A program made the translations under genes and the position numbers. A DNA stretch of 32,000 bases. Source: Bdellovibrionales bacterium (GTDB lineage Bacteria; Bdellovibrionota; Bdellovibrionia; Bdellovibrionales; UBA1609). Below, one piece after another: positions 23,262 to 32,000 of the stretch. Under the pieces are notes generated by a model, which was not told where the DNA came from, did no database searches, and saw only the letters and a program-made list of their open reading frames with translations. How positions within the stretch are numbered: the stretch's first letter is position 1; the number at the start of each line of letters is the position of its first letter. The stretch spans positions 390,001 to 422,000 of the forward strand of contig OZ252021.1 of assembly GCA_965247685.1 (NCBI GenBank). The letters are read 5' to 3'.

Positions 23262-25877
23262 ATGAGAAATCAAATATTAAAAAAATTAGACTGGTCTGTG
23301 CTCAATTCCATTACCAAAGGAGCTCATTATTTACTCAATCAAATGATTGTACAAGCCAATGCCACACCTGTGGATAAAGGAGAACCTAAAGTAGGAGGGC
23401 ATAGCTCAGCATGTACGAGCGCTTTACATATTTTAGGAGCACTCCATCTAGTGGTTCGAAAAGGATATGATTTTATTGCGAATAAACCCCATGCTTCTCC
23501 AACAGATCATTCTTATCACTATTTGCTCAATTTATTTTTTCACAAAGACGGAACTCTTTTTTCTGATCAAGAGGCTGAAAAAGCTATGTATGGATTAAGA
23601 AGTTTTCCTTCAAAAAGCCTACCTCACGTTTTTCAATCTTATCACTCACATTACGATTCGGATCATTATAACTTTCTACCCTCTGGTACAGTAGGAATCC
23701 CTCCTGTAGTTTCAGGCTATCTTGCATTGGCTTTTAATTATTTAAAAGATCAAGGTTACGATGTTCCTCCTTCTCATTTTTGGTCTCTTATTGGAGATTC
23801 TGAATTTAGAGAAGGGTCTCTTTTTGAAGCTATACCAGATTTAGCAGAAAGAAAACTAGGATCTGTGACTTGGATTATTGATTATAACAGACAAAGCTTA
23901 GATGGACACCGCTTCACTCCCTCTCATTTAGAATCAGATGCTCAAAGAATTGAAAAAACTTTTCTTGCTAATGGATGGGATGTGATTCAAGTTCTCCACG
24001 GAGAAAAGAGGTTAGAATTATTTAAAAAATCCGGTGGAAAATTATTTCAAAACTTTTTAGAAGACCAGTTGTCGGACTGGAATCTCCAAATTCTATTACA
24101 AATTTCAGATATGGCAAAAGCTCGTCAATTTATACTCAATCAGTCCAAAGAACTTACAGATTTCTTGAAAGAAATTTCAGACGAAGAGTTAAAAATAGCT
24201 CTTCAAGATTTAGGAGGGCATGATTTAAAAATCCTCACTCAAGCTTTATTTGATTCTAAAAAGAATACCGAAAAACCTTGTGCCATCATTGCTCACACCA
24301 TAAAGGGCTGGGGACTTAATATGGCTAGCCAAGGAGGGAATCACTCTACACTCCCTAGTACAGAAGAGGTGAATAATTTAAGAAAGAAAACTCTTTTATC
24401 GAAAAACTCCAGCCTATTTCCTCGATTTGATGAAAATTCTTTGGAAACTCAATATCTTCAAAAGAAAGAACAAGAGTTCAAGAGTGAAATTCAACAACAA
24501 AATCAAATGAAGAGTAAAAATTCTAAAAATTGGAAACAGCAGGTCTCCCAGCTTCCTCAAGAACTGGGCATTTCTTTAAAAATGATGAGTTATCCCCATA
24601 CACAATGGATGCTTGGACAATGGATGGCAAAAATGACCCGTATTGCAAATTCGGATAAAAAATCACTCAAAGAAAATGAACACCACTTTTTACCTTTATC
24701 TAAATTATTTGTGACTTTATCTCCAGATGTAGGAACTTCCACTAACTTATCTTTCAGCATGGACAATAAAATTTATCAATCTCACACTCCTCATCAAAAA
24801 GAAGAAGACTGGAAAATTTATTCTAAAAATTCTCCTCATTTGAGTCCTCACACTCAGGATCATAATCGATTTTTCAGGTTTGAAATTACGGAAGCTGCAG
24901 CTGTTTCCTGCTTAGCAGCCTTTGGAAAAGTTCAAGATATTATTGGAGTGCCCCTTTTTCCTGTAATGAGTATATATGACTTCTTTATTAAAAGGGCTCT
25001 CGATCAATACTTTTATGCTCTTTACTGGGGTTCCAGTTTTATTCTCGTAGGAACTCCATCTGGAATTACCCTTTCATCCGAAGGAGCTCAGCATGGATGG
25101 AAGTCAGATTTACAAATTCCTCATCAAATCTGTTGGGAGCCTTATTTTTGCCAAGAACTGGATTGGATATTAACAGATGCTTTGTATCGTCACATGACAA
25201 GTCATAATAAAAACAGAAGCGGAGTGCTCATTCGAGCCGTCACTCGCGGAGCTCATCAAAAAGATTTTTTACGCTATTTAAAAATGCAAAAATGTTTTAA
25301 AAAATCATTAGGGAATCAAAAACTTCATCCTCAAAACTTTCCTATTCAAAGTGCAGTCAATGAATCTACTATCGAAACTTTATCAGAAAAAGAAATTTAC
25401 CAAAATGTACGACAACAGGTCCTCAAGGGGGCTTATACATTAATTGATTTTAAAGATTATGCCGATTACAACAATCTGGAAAATGTTGTCAATATATTCG
25501 CCATGGGAGCCTTAGGGCATGAAGCCTGTACAGCTTCTATGGAGTTGTTAAAGCGTGGCATTTATGCAAATGTCATTATAGTGACAAGCCCCGATCTTCT
25601 TTTAGGTGCTTTAGGACATCAAAACCAATATTCTTATTTGAAAAATGAATTATCTTTTGAGCGCAAAGCCCCCATTGTAAGTGTGCATGATGGAGAGCCA
25701 GGTTTATTAGATAACGTAGGTTCTATATTGGGAACATTCCAAGAAACACTCGCTGTACGCAAACATTCCCTTTGCGGCTCCACTAAAGATGTCTATTCTT
25801 ATCATCAATTAGATTTAAAGAGCATTGTTCAAGCTTCCATGGAAGTTTTAAATCAAATGGCTTCTCGATCATCTTAA
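23262..25877 (+). CDS. Homodimeric 2-oxoacid dehydrogenase E1 component-like protein (AceE family, thiamine-PP dependent), divergent
   Basis: Length 871 aa. GGHSSACTSA corresponds to GGHMASFQSSA in E. coli AceE. The TPP-binding block is LIGDSEFREGS...IIDYNRQSLDG (GDG-x25-30-N type). IIAHTIKGWG is AceE-like. Confidence 0.6.
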   Translation: MRNQILKKLDWSVLNSITKGAHYLLNQMIVQANATPVDKGEPKVGGHSSACTSALHILGALHLVVRKGYDFIANKPHASPTDHSYHYLLNLFFHKDGTLFSDQEAEKAMYGLRSFPSKSLPHVFQSYHSHYDSDHYNFLPSGTVGIPPVVSGYLALAFNYLKDQGYDVPPSHFWSLIGDSEFREGSLFEAIPDLAERKLGSVTWIIDYNRQSLDGHRFTPSHLESDAQRIEKTFLANGWDVIQVLHGEKRLELFKKSGGKLFQNFLEDQLSDWNLQILLQISDMAKARQFILNQSKELTDFLKEISDEELKIALQDLGGHDLKILTQALFDSKKNTEKPCAIIAHTIKGWGLNMASQGGNHSTLPSTEEVNNLRKKTLLSKNSSLFPRFDENSLETQYLQKKEQEFKSEIQQQNQMKSKNSKNWKQQVSQLPQELGISLKMMSYPHTQWMLGQWMAKMTRIANSDKKSLKENEHHFLPLSKLFVTLSPDVGTSTNLSFSMDNKIYQSHTPHQKEEDWKIYSKNSPHLSPHTQDHNRFFRFEITEAAAVSCLAAFGKVQDIIGVPLFPVMSIYDFFIKRALDQYFYALYWGSSFILVGTPSGITLSSEGAQHGWKSDLQIPHQICWEPYFCQELDWILTDALYRHMTSHNKNRSGVLIRAVTRGAHQKDFLRYLKMQKCFKKSLGNQKLHPQNFPIQSAVNESTIETLSEKEIYQNVRQQVLKGAYTLIDFKDYADYNNLENVVNIFAMGALGHEACTASMELLKRGIYANVIIVTSPDLLLGALGHQNQYSYLKNELSFERKAPIVSVHDGEPGLLDNVGSILGTFQETLAVRKHSLCGSTKDVYSYHQLDLKSIVQASMEVLNQMASRSS

Positions 25878-25889
25878 GAAAGCTCAAAA

Positions 25890-26393
25890 TTATTGGGCAA
25901 AGATAAAAATATCTTTATAGTTTCGTCCAAGTTCATCTGCATCCATACCAAAACCCACGACAAAGCGATCATCAATCTTTTTACCTACATAATCACACTG
26001 AAGAGGCACAGCTCTTCTAGATTGTTTATCGAGTAAACTCACGACTTTTAAAGAAGCTGGTCTAGAAAGCAGTATTCGCTCCTTTAAGAAATGAGTTTTT
26101 CGACCTGTGTCTACAATTTCTTCAACAATAAGAATATGTCTTTTTTCAATAGGCAGTGAAATATCTTTCCTAAAACGACAAAGACCGTCCACATGAGTAA
26201 TAGCCACAACATCAATGCTCAAAGGAAAATCCATATATTGAGTGAGTTGGTTCAGAAAAAAAACAGAACCCTTAAGAGGGGCAATTAATAAAGGCTCTAA
26301 ATTCTTATAGTCATGGGTGAGCTGACCTGCAAGCCGCTGACAAATAGATTGAATTTCTTCTTCTGGAATAAATGGAATTAAACCTTTAAGCAA
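25890..26393 (-). CDS. hpt: Hypoxanthine phosphoribosyltransferase
   Basis: The PRPP-binding motif HILIVEEIVDTGRK, the C-terminal DYVG..I.D.FVVGFGMD...RN.. and the 167-aa size are all typical of Hpt. Confidence 0.85.
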   Translation of the reverse strand: MLKGLIPFIPEEEIQSICQRLAGQLTHDYKNLEPLLIAPLKGSVFFLNQLTQYMDFPLSIDVVAITHVDGLCRFRKDISLPIEKRHILIVEEIVDTGRKTHFLKERILLSRPASLKVVSLLDKQSRRAVPLQCDYVGKKIDDRFVVGFGMDADELGRNYKDIFIFAQ

Positions 26394-27285
26394 GATCCGT
26401 CTCCTTCACACTTTGAATTGTTTGTGTTTTTGCAAGTAGACGCAAAGCCTTTTGATTCTTTGGATCAAATTTTAAGACTCTTTCCCACTCTGAAATTGCT
26501 GCAGGAACTTTTTGACTTAAAAAATAAAACTCACCTAAGAGCAAAGATACCTTTGTCGAGTGCAAATTATACCTTTTTAGTTCTTGAAGTTTTTCTATAG
26601 CTTCGCGTTTTCGATCCAACTTCCAAAGGCATTGGACGATTAATAAATCCACGTTTAAAGAAGATTTTTGAGTTTTAGGTTTAGCTTTTAAAAATTCGAG
26701 TAAAGCTTCATGAAAATAACATTTTTCAAAGTAGGATTTTCCAGAAGTTAAATGTTGTTCTGCCATATATGCTTCCCACTGATGTCCTTGATTTTGAGCA
26801 TAAGATTGATACGCTTTTTTGTAAGTCAGAACTCCTCTTTCATAATCTCCTAAGTCCATTCGTAAAATACTTAAATTCATTAAAGATTCTACATGATTTT
26901 CGTCTATTTCTAAAGAGCGCTTATAAGCCTGTAAGGCCTTTTTAAACTGATTCAACTGATGATAAGAAGAACCAAGCAAACAATAACTTTTTGCTGAACC
27001 CAACCCTCTAGAATGAAGAACTTGAAGAAGCTCAAGAGCTTGAGAAAAATAATTTTTTTCAAATAAATCTTGAGCTCGTCTTTCAGCCGCATGGAACTCA
27101 TGAGCCTCGCTTTCTCTTTGAGAAAAGAGTGGCTCTTCGCGGTCGAATGCTGAGGTATCCATTTTTTTAGAAACTAAGTGATCTTGATCAAGATATGGCG
27201 GCATAGAAAACTCTTTCTCATACGAGTGAGAGTTTATTGAATCAAGGGGCTTTAGCTCCTTTAAAAACTCTTGTTCTTTATCCAT
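26386..27285 (-). CDS. TPR repeat protein
   Basis: Several 34-aa TPR-like units, for example SYCLLGSSYHQLNQFKKALQAYKRSLEIDENHVESLMNL. The 3' end overlaps the hpt start by 8 nt. Confidence 0.7.
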   Translation of the reverse strand: MDKEQEFLKELKPLDSINSHSYEKEFSMPPYLDQDHLVSKKMDTSAFDREEPLFSQRESEAHEFHAAERRAQDLFEKNYFSQALELLQVLHSRGLGSAKSYCLLGSSYHQLNQFKKALQAYKRSLEIDENHVESLMNLSILRMDLGDYERGVLTYKKAYQSYAQNQGHQWEAYMAEQHLTSGKSYFEKCYFHEALLEFLKAKPKTQKSSLNVDLLIVQCLWKLDRKREAIEKLQELKRYNLHSTKVSLLLGEFYFLSQKVPAAISEWERVLKFDPKNQKALRLLAKTQTIQSVKETDLA

Positions 27286-27304
27286 TCTTTCCTCCTTTCG
27301 ATAT

Positions 27305-27997
27305 TTAAGACTTTAACTGTCTTATTTTACTTAAATACAACTGAACTTTATTTTGATCATCTAATTTTTGAGCTATTTGAAGAGCTAAATTGAGAGCTTT
27401 AGAGTAAATAGTCGACTTTGGATAGAGATTAATGACTTTATCGAGGCGATTCAAAGTTTCTTGAGATATTTTTTCCTTTCTGAAATAAAACTGTGCAATT
27501 TGAAATTCTTTTTTCGCTTTTCTATTGTAAAGACTTGTTTGAATATCTTTAACTTCTTTCACATATTTTCCAGTTTTATTTTGCTTTAAAAAAGTATCAA
27601 TAAAACTTAAAACTTCATCTGCTGCGGATAAGTCTCGACCTGATTCTTTAGGCACTCTTTGACTCCCGCTTAAAATTTGCCTATAAAAAGCATATTGTGT
27701 ATCTTTATGACGAGGATAAAGGCGAACAAAAGTTTGATAAGATTTTTGAGCCTCTAAGAATGCTCTTTGATCAAAGAGCATATCTGCTTTTAATAAATCC
27801 ACTTGAGCTACATAAACACTATACGGAAATTGATACTTGAGTTTTAATATAGATTCACCAGCTTCTATGTAATAACCTCTTTGGGCTTGTGCTTCAGCCT
27901 TTTTAAATAAGGATTCCGCACTCACCACTTCTTTTTTCATACTGGTACAATTAAGAAGAAAAAGAGTAAAACAACAAGTGAATAAAGACTTCATCAC
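27305..27997 (-). CDS. bamD: Outer membrane protein assembly factor BamD (YfiO-like lipoprotein)
   Basis: A lipoprotein signal (LFLLNCTS) and the pattern ...LFKKAEAQAQRGYYIEAGESILKLKYQFPYSVYVAQVDLLKADMLF...AQKSYQTFVRLYPRH...YAFY... match the BamD TPR-like pattern. The size is 230 aa. Confidence 0.7.
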   Translation of the reverse strand: MMKSLFTCCFTLFLLNCTSMKKEVVSAESLFKKAEAQAQRGYYIEAGESILKLKYQFPYSVYVAQVDLLKADMLFDQRAFLEAQKSYQTFVRLYPRHKDTQYAFYRQILSGSQRVPKESGRDLSAADEVLSFIDTFLKQNKTGKYVKEVKDIQTSLYNRKAKKEFQIAQFYFRKEKISQETLNRLDKVINLYPKSTIYSKALNLALQIAQKLDDQNKVQLYLSKIRQLKS

Positions 27998-29064
27998 TGC
28001 ACTTCCGCACTATTAATGATATGTTTATAGACAGCATGGTAGGCTACCTGAGCTGCATTGGCAACTGGTATAGAAATAATCATTCCCAAAATACCTAAAA
28101 ATTGAGCTCCTGCAATAACAACAACTAAGACAGCTACAGGATGCATCTTCATCATACGAGCCACAAACACTGGAATAAGAATAACATTATCAATGATTTG
28201 AGCTAGAATAAATACAGAAAGCACCATACAAATTTCTAAAAATCCCATCTGATTCACTAAGCAAATAAGGATTGCAGGAACGACACTGATAAATGGTCCA
28301 AGATAAGGAATTAAATTCATAACTCCTGCAAACAAACCTATAATGAGAGCAAAAGGGAAGGAAATAATTTGCAGTCCCACACCTGTAATTAAACCCACTA
28401 TGAAAGCTTCAAACATACGAACTCGAATAAAGCGACCTAACTGTTGGCTGATATGATGAGTAAGGCTTAAAGTGGTTTCAAAAACATGATTAGGGACTAA
28501 AGCTAAAAACCCTCGATAAAGTTTATGAGAATCTTTCACCATAAAAAAAGACAAGAAAGAACAAAGAAATAATACAGAAAAAGAATTACTAATCGCTGTT
28601 GGTAAATCCTGCACCACTTGGGAAGCTCTTTCTAAAAGCCATTGTTGAATCGGTTGAGTAATCTCTAAACGATTCACAAGTGGCAAATAATTATAAAACT
28701 TTTGTTCTACAACACTTAAAAAGGAGACTAACCCTTTAATATAATTTGGAATTTCTTCCTTAAAATTTTGTAGTTGTCCAAATATAAAAGGCATTGCCCA
28801 TATAAAAAATATAGACAATGCTCCACCTACCAACACAAACACAAAAAGGGTCACCCATACTCTCTTCCATCCAAACCAAGCTTCAACACGATCCACCACT
28901 GGACGTAAGAGTTGACTCAACACAACTGCCAATAAGGCAGAAAGAAACATATTGTGAATTTTGATCAGCAGGAAAGCAAAAACGATCAGCAAAGAGATAA
29001 AGAAAAAGAGTTTAATCCAATTGAGCCGCCGAATTTTTTTATTTTCAAAGTAGGAAGTGTTCAA
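27994..29064 (-). CDS. AI-2E family transporter (PerM/YhhT-like permease)
   Basis: 356 aa with about 8 TM segments. The block ...NLIPYLGPFISVVPA... is characteristic of the AI-2E/UPF0118 family. A 4-nt overlap with bamD indicates an operon. Confidence 0.75.
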   Translation of the reverse strand: MNTSYFENKKIRRLNWIKLFFFISLLIVFAFLLIKIHNMFLSALLAVVLSQLLRPVVDRVEAWFGWKRVWVTLFVFVLVGGALSIFFIWAMPFIFGQLQNFKEEIPNYIKGLVSFLSVVEQKFYNYLPLVNRLEITQPIQQWLLERASQVVQDLPTAISNSFSVLFLCSFLSFFMVKDSHKLYRGFLALVPNHVFETTLSLTHHISQQLGRFIRVRMFEAFIVGLITGVGLQIISFPFALIIGLFAGVMNLIPYLGPFISVVPAILICLVNQMGFLEICMVLSVFILAQIIDNVILIPVFVARMMKMHPVAVLVVVIAGAQFLGILGMIISIPVANAAQVAYHAVYKHIINSAEVQ

Positions 29065-29561
29065 GATACACCTTGTGATTTTTTGTAAAGAACTTCACCT
29101 GTTTTTTTCAGTCTTTCACCTAGAACCTCTGACAACTTGATAAGAATACGAGAACCCATCTTAGGGTGTTTATCAATGACACTCATAAACTCAGGGCGAA
29201 ATAAACTTAAAAGATCTGTTGCACAGGTCGCTTGAGCCGTTGCCTTTTGGTAACCCTTATCTTGAACTAAGGTGAGCTCTCCAAAAAAATCTCCCTCTTT
29301 TAAAACGCTCACAACCATTGGATCTCCATCTGGCATATCATAAGAAATTTCTACTTGCCCTTTAACAATCATATAAAATCCTGTGTTAAAACCTGCTTTA
29401 AAAATATTTTCTCCTGAAAAGTAAGAACGTTGATGAATAACTTTTTCTAAAATACGAATCTCTTTTTCTTTTAAAGAAGAAAATAAAATTTGATTCTTTA
29501 AAAAAGATATTTGAGAACCTTTTTTATTCTGGAAAAAATTTTTCCACAAGAGTTCAAGCAT
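29061..29561 (-). CDS. Cyclic nucleotide-binding domain protein (no DNA-binding domain)
   Basis: ...IFKAGFNTGFYMIVKGQVEIS......LKEGDFFGELTLV...ATAQA matches the cNMP-binding beta-barrel motif (GD.FGE, RTA-like position). At 166 aa it is too short for a Crp HTH. A 4-nt overlap joins it to the transporter gene. Confidence 0.7.
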   Translation of the reverse strand: MLELLWKNFFQNKKGSQISFLKNQILFSSLKEKEIRILEKVIHQRSYFSGENIFKAGFNTGFYMIVKGQVEISYDMPDGDPMVVSVLKEGDFFGELTLVQDKGYQKATAQATCATDLLSLFRPEFMSVIDKHPKMGSRILIKLSEVLGERLKKTGEVLYKKSQGVS

Positions 29562-29638
29562 AAAAAACCTTCTATTTATAGTGACTTAAGAAAGCCCTAT
29601 CTACCCATTCTTTGAGAATAAAATCAAGCTTTTATATG

Positions 29639-30241
29639 CTATTTCACCCATAAAGAACTGCGCTGAAGCCATCCTGAGCCCTCATTATTTTTAATCTGAA
29701 CCCACTCTTTATTATGCGTTCCTATTTGAGTCACAAAAGAGGACTCCTTAAGGGTAAAAATAACAGGCGAATCTTCCAAAGGAGCGCTCAAGATAGAAGT
29801 GTCTTGAAGGATAGTCCATCGGGGCAGTGTACGATAGTACCAAAAGGAGGAAGAAAGAATAATGCTTAGAAAAAGAAAAACTCCCCGCCAAATTTTCAAA
29901 GAAAATAAAAGAAATATCAGTCCAAGAATAACTATCAAAAGAAAAATTTCATAGGGAATCATCCACCACAAAGGAAGAGATCTCCCTAGCTTCTTTAATG
30001 CAATTTGAGCAGACCAGTTCCACGGATCAGAATAAATAGCATTTCTAAAAGAGGCAATAGCTTTCGTGTTTTGATTAGATTCTAAGAGAGCCACTCCTTG
30101 ATTGTAGAACTCTTTAGATTTATCTACAGAATAAGACTCTATTGAATGATCTTTTAAATGAATGTTTTTAACCCTTGAACGAGAACTCCATGCTTCTAAA
30201 GAAAAGATCAAAAAAACATATAGAATAAAAAAATATTTCAT
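29639..30241 (-). CDS. Membrane protein with a TPR-like segment and a C-terminal SH3-like domain (BatE-like)
   Basis: A signal/TM segment, then the TPR-like YNQGVALLESNQNTKAIASFRNAIYSDP, two TM helices, and a C-terminal ...KEWVQIKNNEGSGWLQRSSL typical of bacterial SH3_3 domains. Confidence 0.45.
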   Translation of the reverse strand: MKYFFILYVFLIFSLEAWSSRSRVKNIHLKDHSIESYSVDKSKEFYNQGVALLESNQNTKAIASFRNAIYSDPWNWSAQIALKKLGRSLPLWWMIPYEIFLLIVILGLIFLLFSLKIWRGVFLFLSIILSSSFWYYRTLPRWTILQDTSILSAPLEDSPVIFTLKESSFVTQIGTHNKEWVQIKNNEGSGWLQRSSLWVK

Positions 30242-30376
30242 AAACCTAAAATAATCGTTGTCCTATTTTGGAACATTCGAATCTAAATATACTAAATATA
30301 ATTGTCATTTTAAAAAAAGTCTATATCCTCCTCAAAATATCTTCAGTTTAAAGTGTTTTTATCCGATTAATACATC

Positions 30377-31465
30377 GTGAAGTTCCTTATTTTATTTATT
30401 ATTTCAGTCCTATGTGTTGCAGATAGTTTTGCCATAGGAGTTGGCGCTTTAAGTGCTACTGGAGCTGGCATTTCTTTGGTGGCTTCTATGACCAAATCTG
30501 AAAAGGTTCAAAAAGCGGGGGCTGTGATCAATATAGGTATTGGAGGTAAATTAATAGCTTCCAATTGTCCTACCAATCTGCTGCTTTGTGGGTTGGGTGC
30601 AGCACATATTTATGCAGGTATGCAGCTCTTCTCCAATGCCGATAAAACCCGTAGAAATCGAGACAATAATTATGGCAGAGAAGGATCACACCATCACCAC
30701 CCTCCAATCGCTGGGCACTATCATCCGCATCCTCCAGGCCCGAGGCCTCCTCATCCCATCCCTGATTGCGCGGAAGGTGGGGATAATACTGATTGTGTGA
30801 CTGAAGATCCCACTCCCACTCCTCCTGATCCCATTCATGACGACCCCCTTAATTGCGTGGCAGATGCGGACAACGTTGATTGTGATCCTAATCCCTCTAG
30901 GATAGTTGAGAATTGCATAAATCATCCTCAACAGCCTGGTTGTAGGGTAATTATCGATGCGAATAGGATATGTAGGGAGAGTGCAGTCTGTGACTTGACA
31001 AATCTTCCGCTTATCACACTCCCTAATGGAGACATAGTAGATGTTACAACAATAAAAAACCCATTATCTGAACAAGAAATGAAAGATTTGTATGACAAAG
31101 CTTTATCTTCAGCTCAATCTTCTTATCCAAATTTATTCTCTGATTCATCTATGGCAAGAAAACGCAAAAAAGGTTCCAGTACTAGCGACGTTGCTAAAGA
31201 TAAGGGACTCCTTGATGGAGATGGACAAGGTGGAGCGTCGTCTAGAGGAGGTCCTATTGTTATCCGAAGAAATAGAAGCCCAGACTCTTTAGATGATGAT
31301 GGATTAGGAAACGATTGGTATAAAAAACTTCAAGCTCAATTAAATAATAAGAAGAAGAAAAAAACACTCAAATTCAAATCTCAAAAACTCGGAAATGACA
31401 AAATCGGTACATCTTATGACAATATCTTTAATATGATGTCTGAAGGTTATCAAGCGCGCTACTAA
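30377..31465 (+). CDS. Secreted or membrane-anchored His/Pro/Asp/Cys-rich protein of unknown function
   Basis: A GTG start and the signal peptide MKFLILFIISVLCVADSFA. There is a Gly/Ala-rich hydrophobic segment, the His/Pro tract GSHHHHPPIAGHYHPHPPGPRPPHPIPDC, an acidic Cys-containing middle part and a basic tail (KKKKK). Confidence 0.55.
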   Translation: MKFLILFIISVLCVADSFAIGVGALSATGAGISLVASMTKSEKVQKAGAVINIGIGGKLIASNCPTNLLLCGLGAAHIYAGMQLFSNADKTRRNRDNNYGREGSHHHHPPIAGHYHPHPPGPRPPHPIPDCAEGGDNTDCVTEDPTPTPPDPIHDDPLNCVADADNVDCDPNPSRIVENCINHPQQPGCRVIIDANRICRESAVCDLTNLPLITLPNGDIVDVTTIKNPLSEQEMKDLYDKALSSAQSSYPNLFSDSSMARKRKKGSSTSDVAKDKGLLDGDGQGGASSRGGPIVIRRNRSPDSLDDDGLGNDWYKKLQAQLNNKKKKKTLKFKSQKLGNDKIGTSYDNIFNMMSEGYQARY

Positions 31466-31472
31466 GCAAAAA

Positions 31473-32000
31473 CTATTTATCATTCCATTTGAATAAAATC
31501 ACTGTGAGCGTCAGTACAATAACACTAAACAATAGCATTGCCCAAATATGATCACGCACTTGATATAAAGAGGCTCCATCCAGCATAATCTTTCTTGTAG
31601 ATGCAATAAGGTGTGTTAAAGGGAGAGCTTTTGAAAAATTTTGCAGCCACACAGGACTTCCTTCTAAAGAAAACCACATTTCTGAAAAAATAAAAAAAGG
31701 CCAACTAAAAACATTTAAAAGCTGATCAGCAAACTCCTTACTCTTTGTCCGAGAAGCCACTAAAAGCCCAATGGAAGATAAAGAGATAGCTCCTAGAGTA
31801 TAACAAACAATAAGACTGAGATAAGAACCTTGAGTTTCAAAAGAAATCAATAAAGAACCTGTAATAAAAGTGACAGAAGTAGTGACTAGCACAATCACCA
31901 AACGAGAAAAGAGCTGCCCCAAAAGAAAAGAATAACTTTTAAGTGGTGTGGCATGAAGTCTTTTCAAGTAGCCTTCACATCTATAGACTACAATCATATA
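31473..32000 (-). CDS. ABC-2 type transporter permease, C-terminal part (5' end outside the window)
   Basis: The ORF is open to the window edge. ...EGYLKRLHATPLKSYSFLLGQ... followed by 4 TM segments is typical of ABC-2 family permeases. Confidence 0.65.
   Translation of the reverse strand, partial: YMIVVYRCEGYLKRLHATPLKSYSFLLGQLFSRLVIVLVTTSVTFITGSLLISFETQGSYLSLIVCYTLGAISLSSIGLLVASRTKSKEFADQLLNVFSWPFFIFSEMWFSLEGSPVWLQNFSKALPLTHLIASTRKIMLDGASLYQVRDHIWAMLLFSVIVLTLTVILFKWNDK

Overview
This is an AT-rich segment (about 30-35% GC by eye) from a diderm bacterium. It carries Mla, BamD, a TonB-like protein and a one-piece tmRNA; the taxon cannot be assigned from sequence alone. The window splits at the tmRNA gene ssrA (17165-17514, minus strand).

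Right of ssrA (17.5-32 kb) is ordinary core content: a lipoprotein followed by mlaEFD, an M23 peptidase, a PP2C phosphatase, a TonB-like protein, an AceE-like E1, hpt, a TPR protein, bamD, an AI-2E transporter, a cNMP-binding protein, a TPR/SH3 protein, a His/Pro-rich secreted protein and a partial ABC-2 permease.

Left of ssrA (1-17.1 kb) looks like an accessory defence/effector region. It contains:
- a partial HNH nuclease;
- a class II Fic protein preceded by a duplicated 33-bp palindromic element;
- a 1265-aa SIR2_2-domain protein with intact NADase-type motifs and a ~950-aa unassigned C-terminal region. This is the best candidate for an undescribed DSR-like anti-phage system;
- an array of 11 tandem 22-bp iteron-like repeats;
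- a DUF2188 + AlbA_2/HATPase_c_4 (COG2865) operon, divergent from a 484-aa protein with a PD-(D/E)xK-like C-terminus;
- three secreted Sel1-repeat paralogs with near-identical termini and different repeat numbers. Two of them (Sel1 #2 and #3) sit in segmentally duplicated cassettes; one cassette junction holds a DUF805 gene flanked by 18-bp direct repeats, and a Sel1 3' stub abuts the ssrA-flanking hairpin.

I saw no integrase, transposase, CRISPR, rRNA or tRNA. All domain calls come from motif recognition by eye and none has been checked by HMM or database search. Coordinates of small elements were counted by hand.
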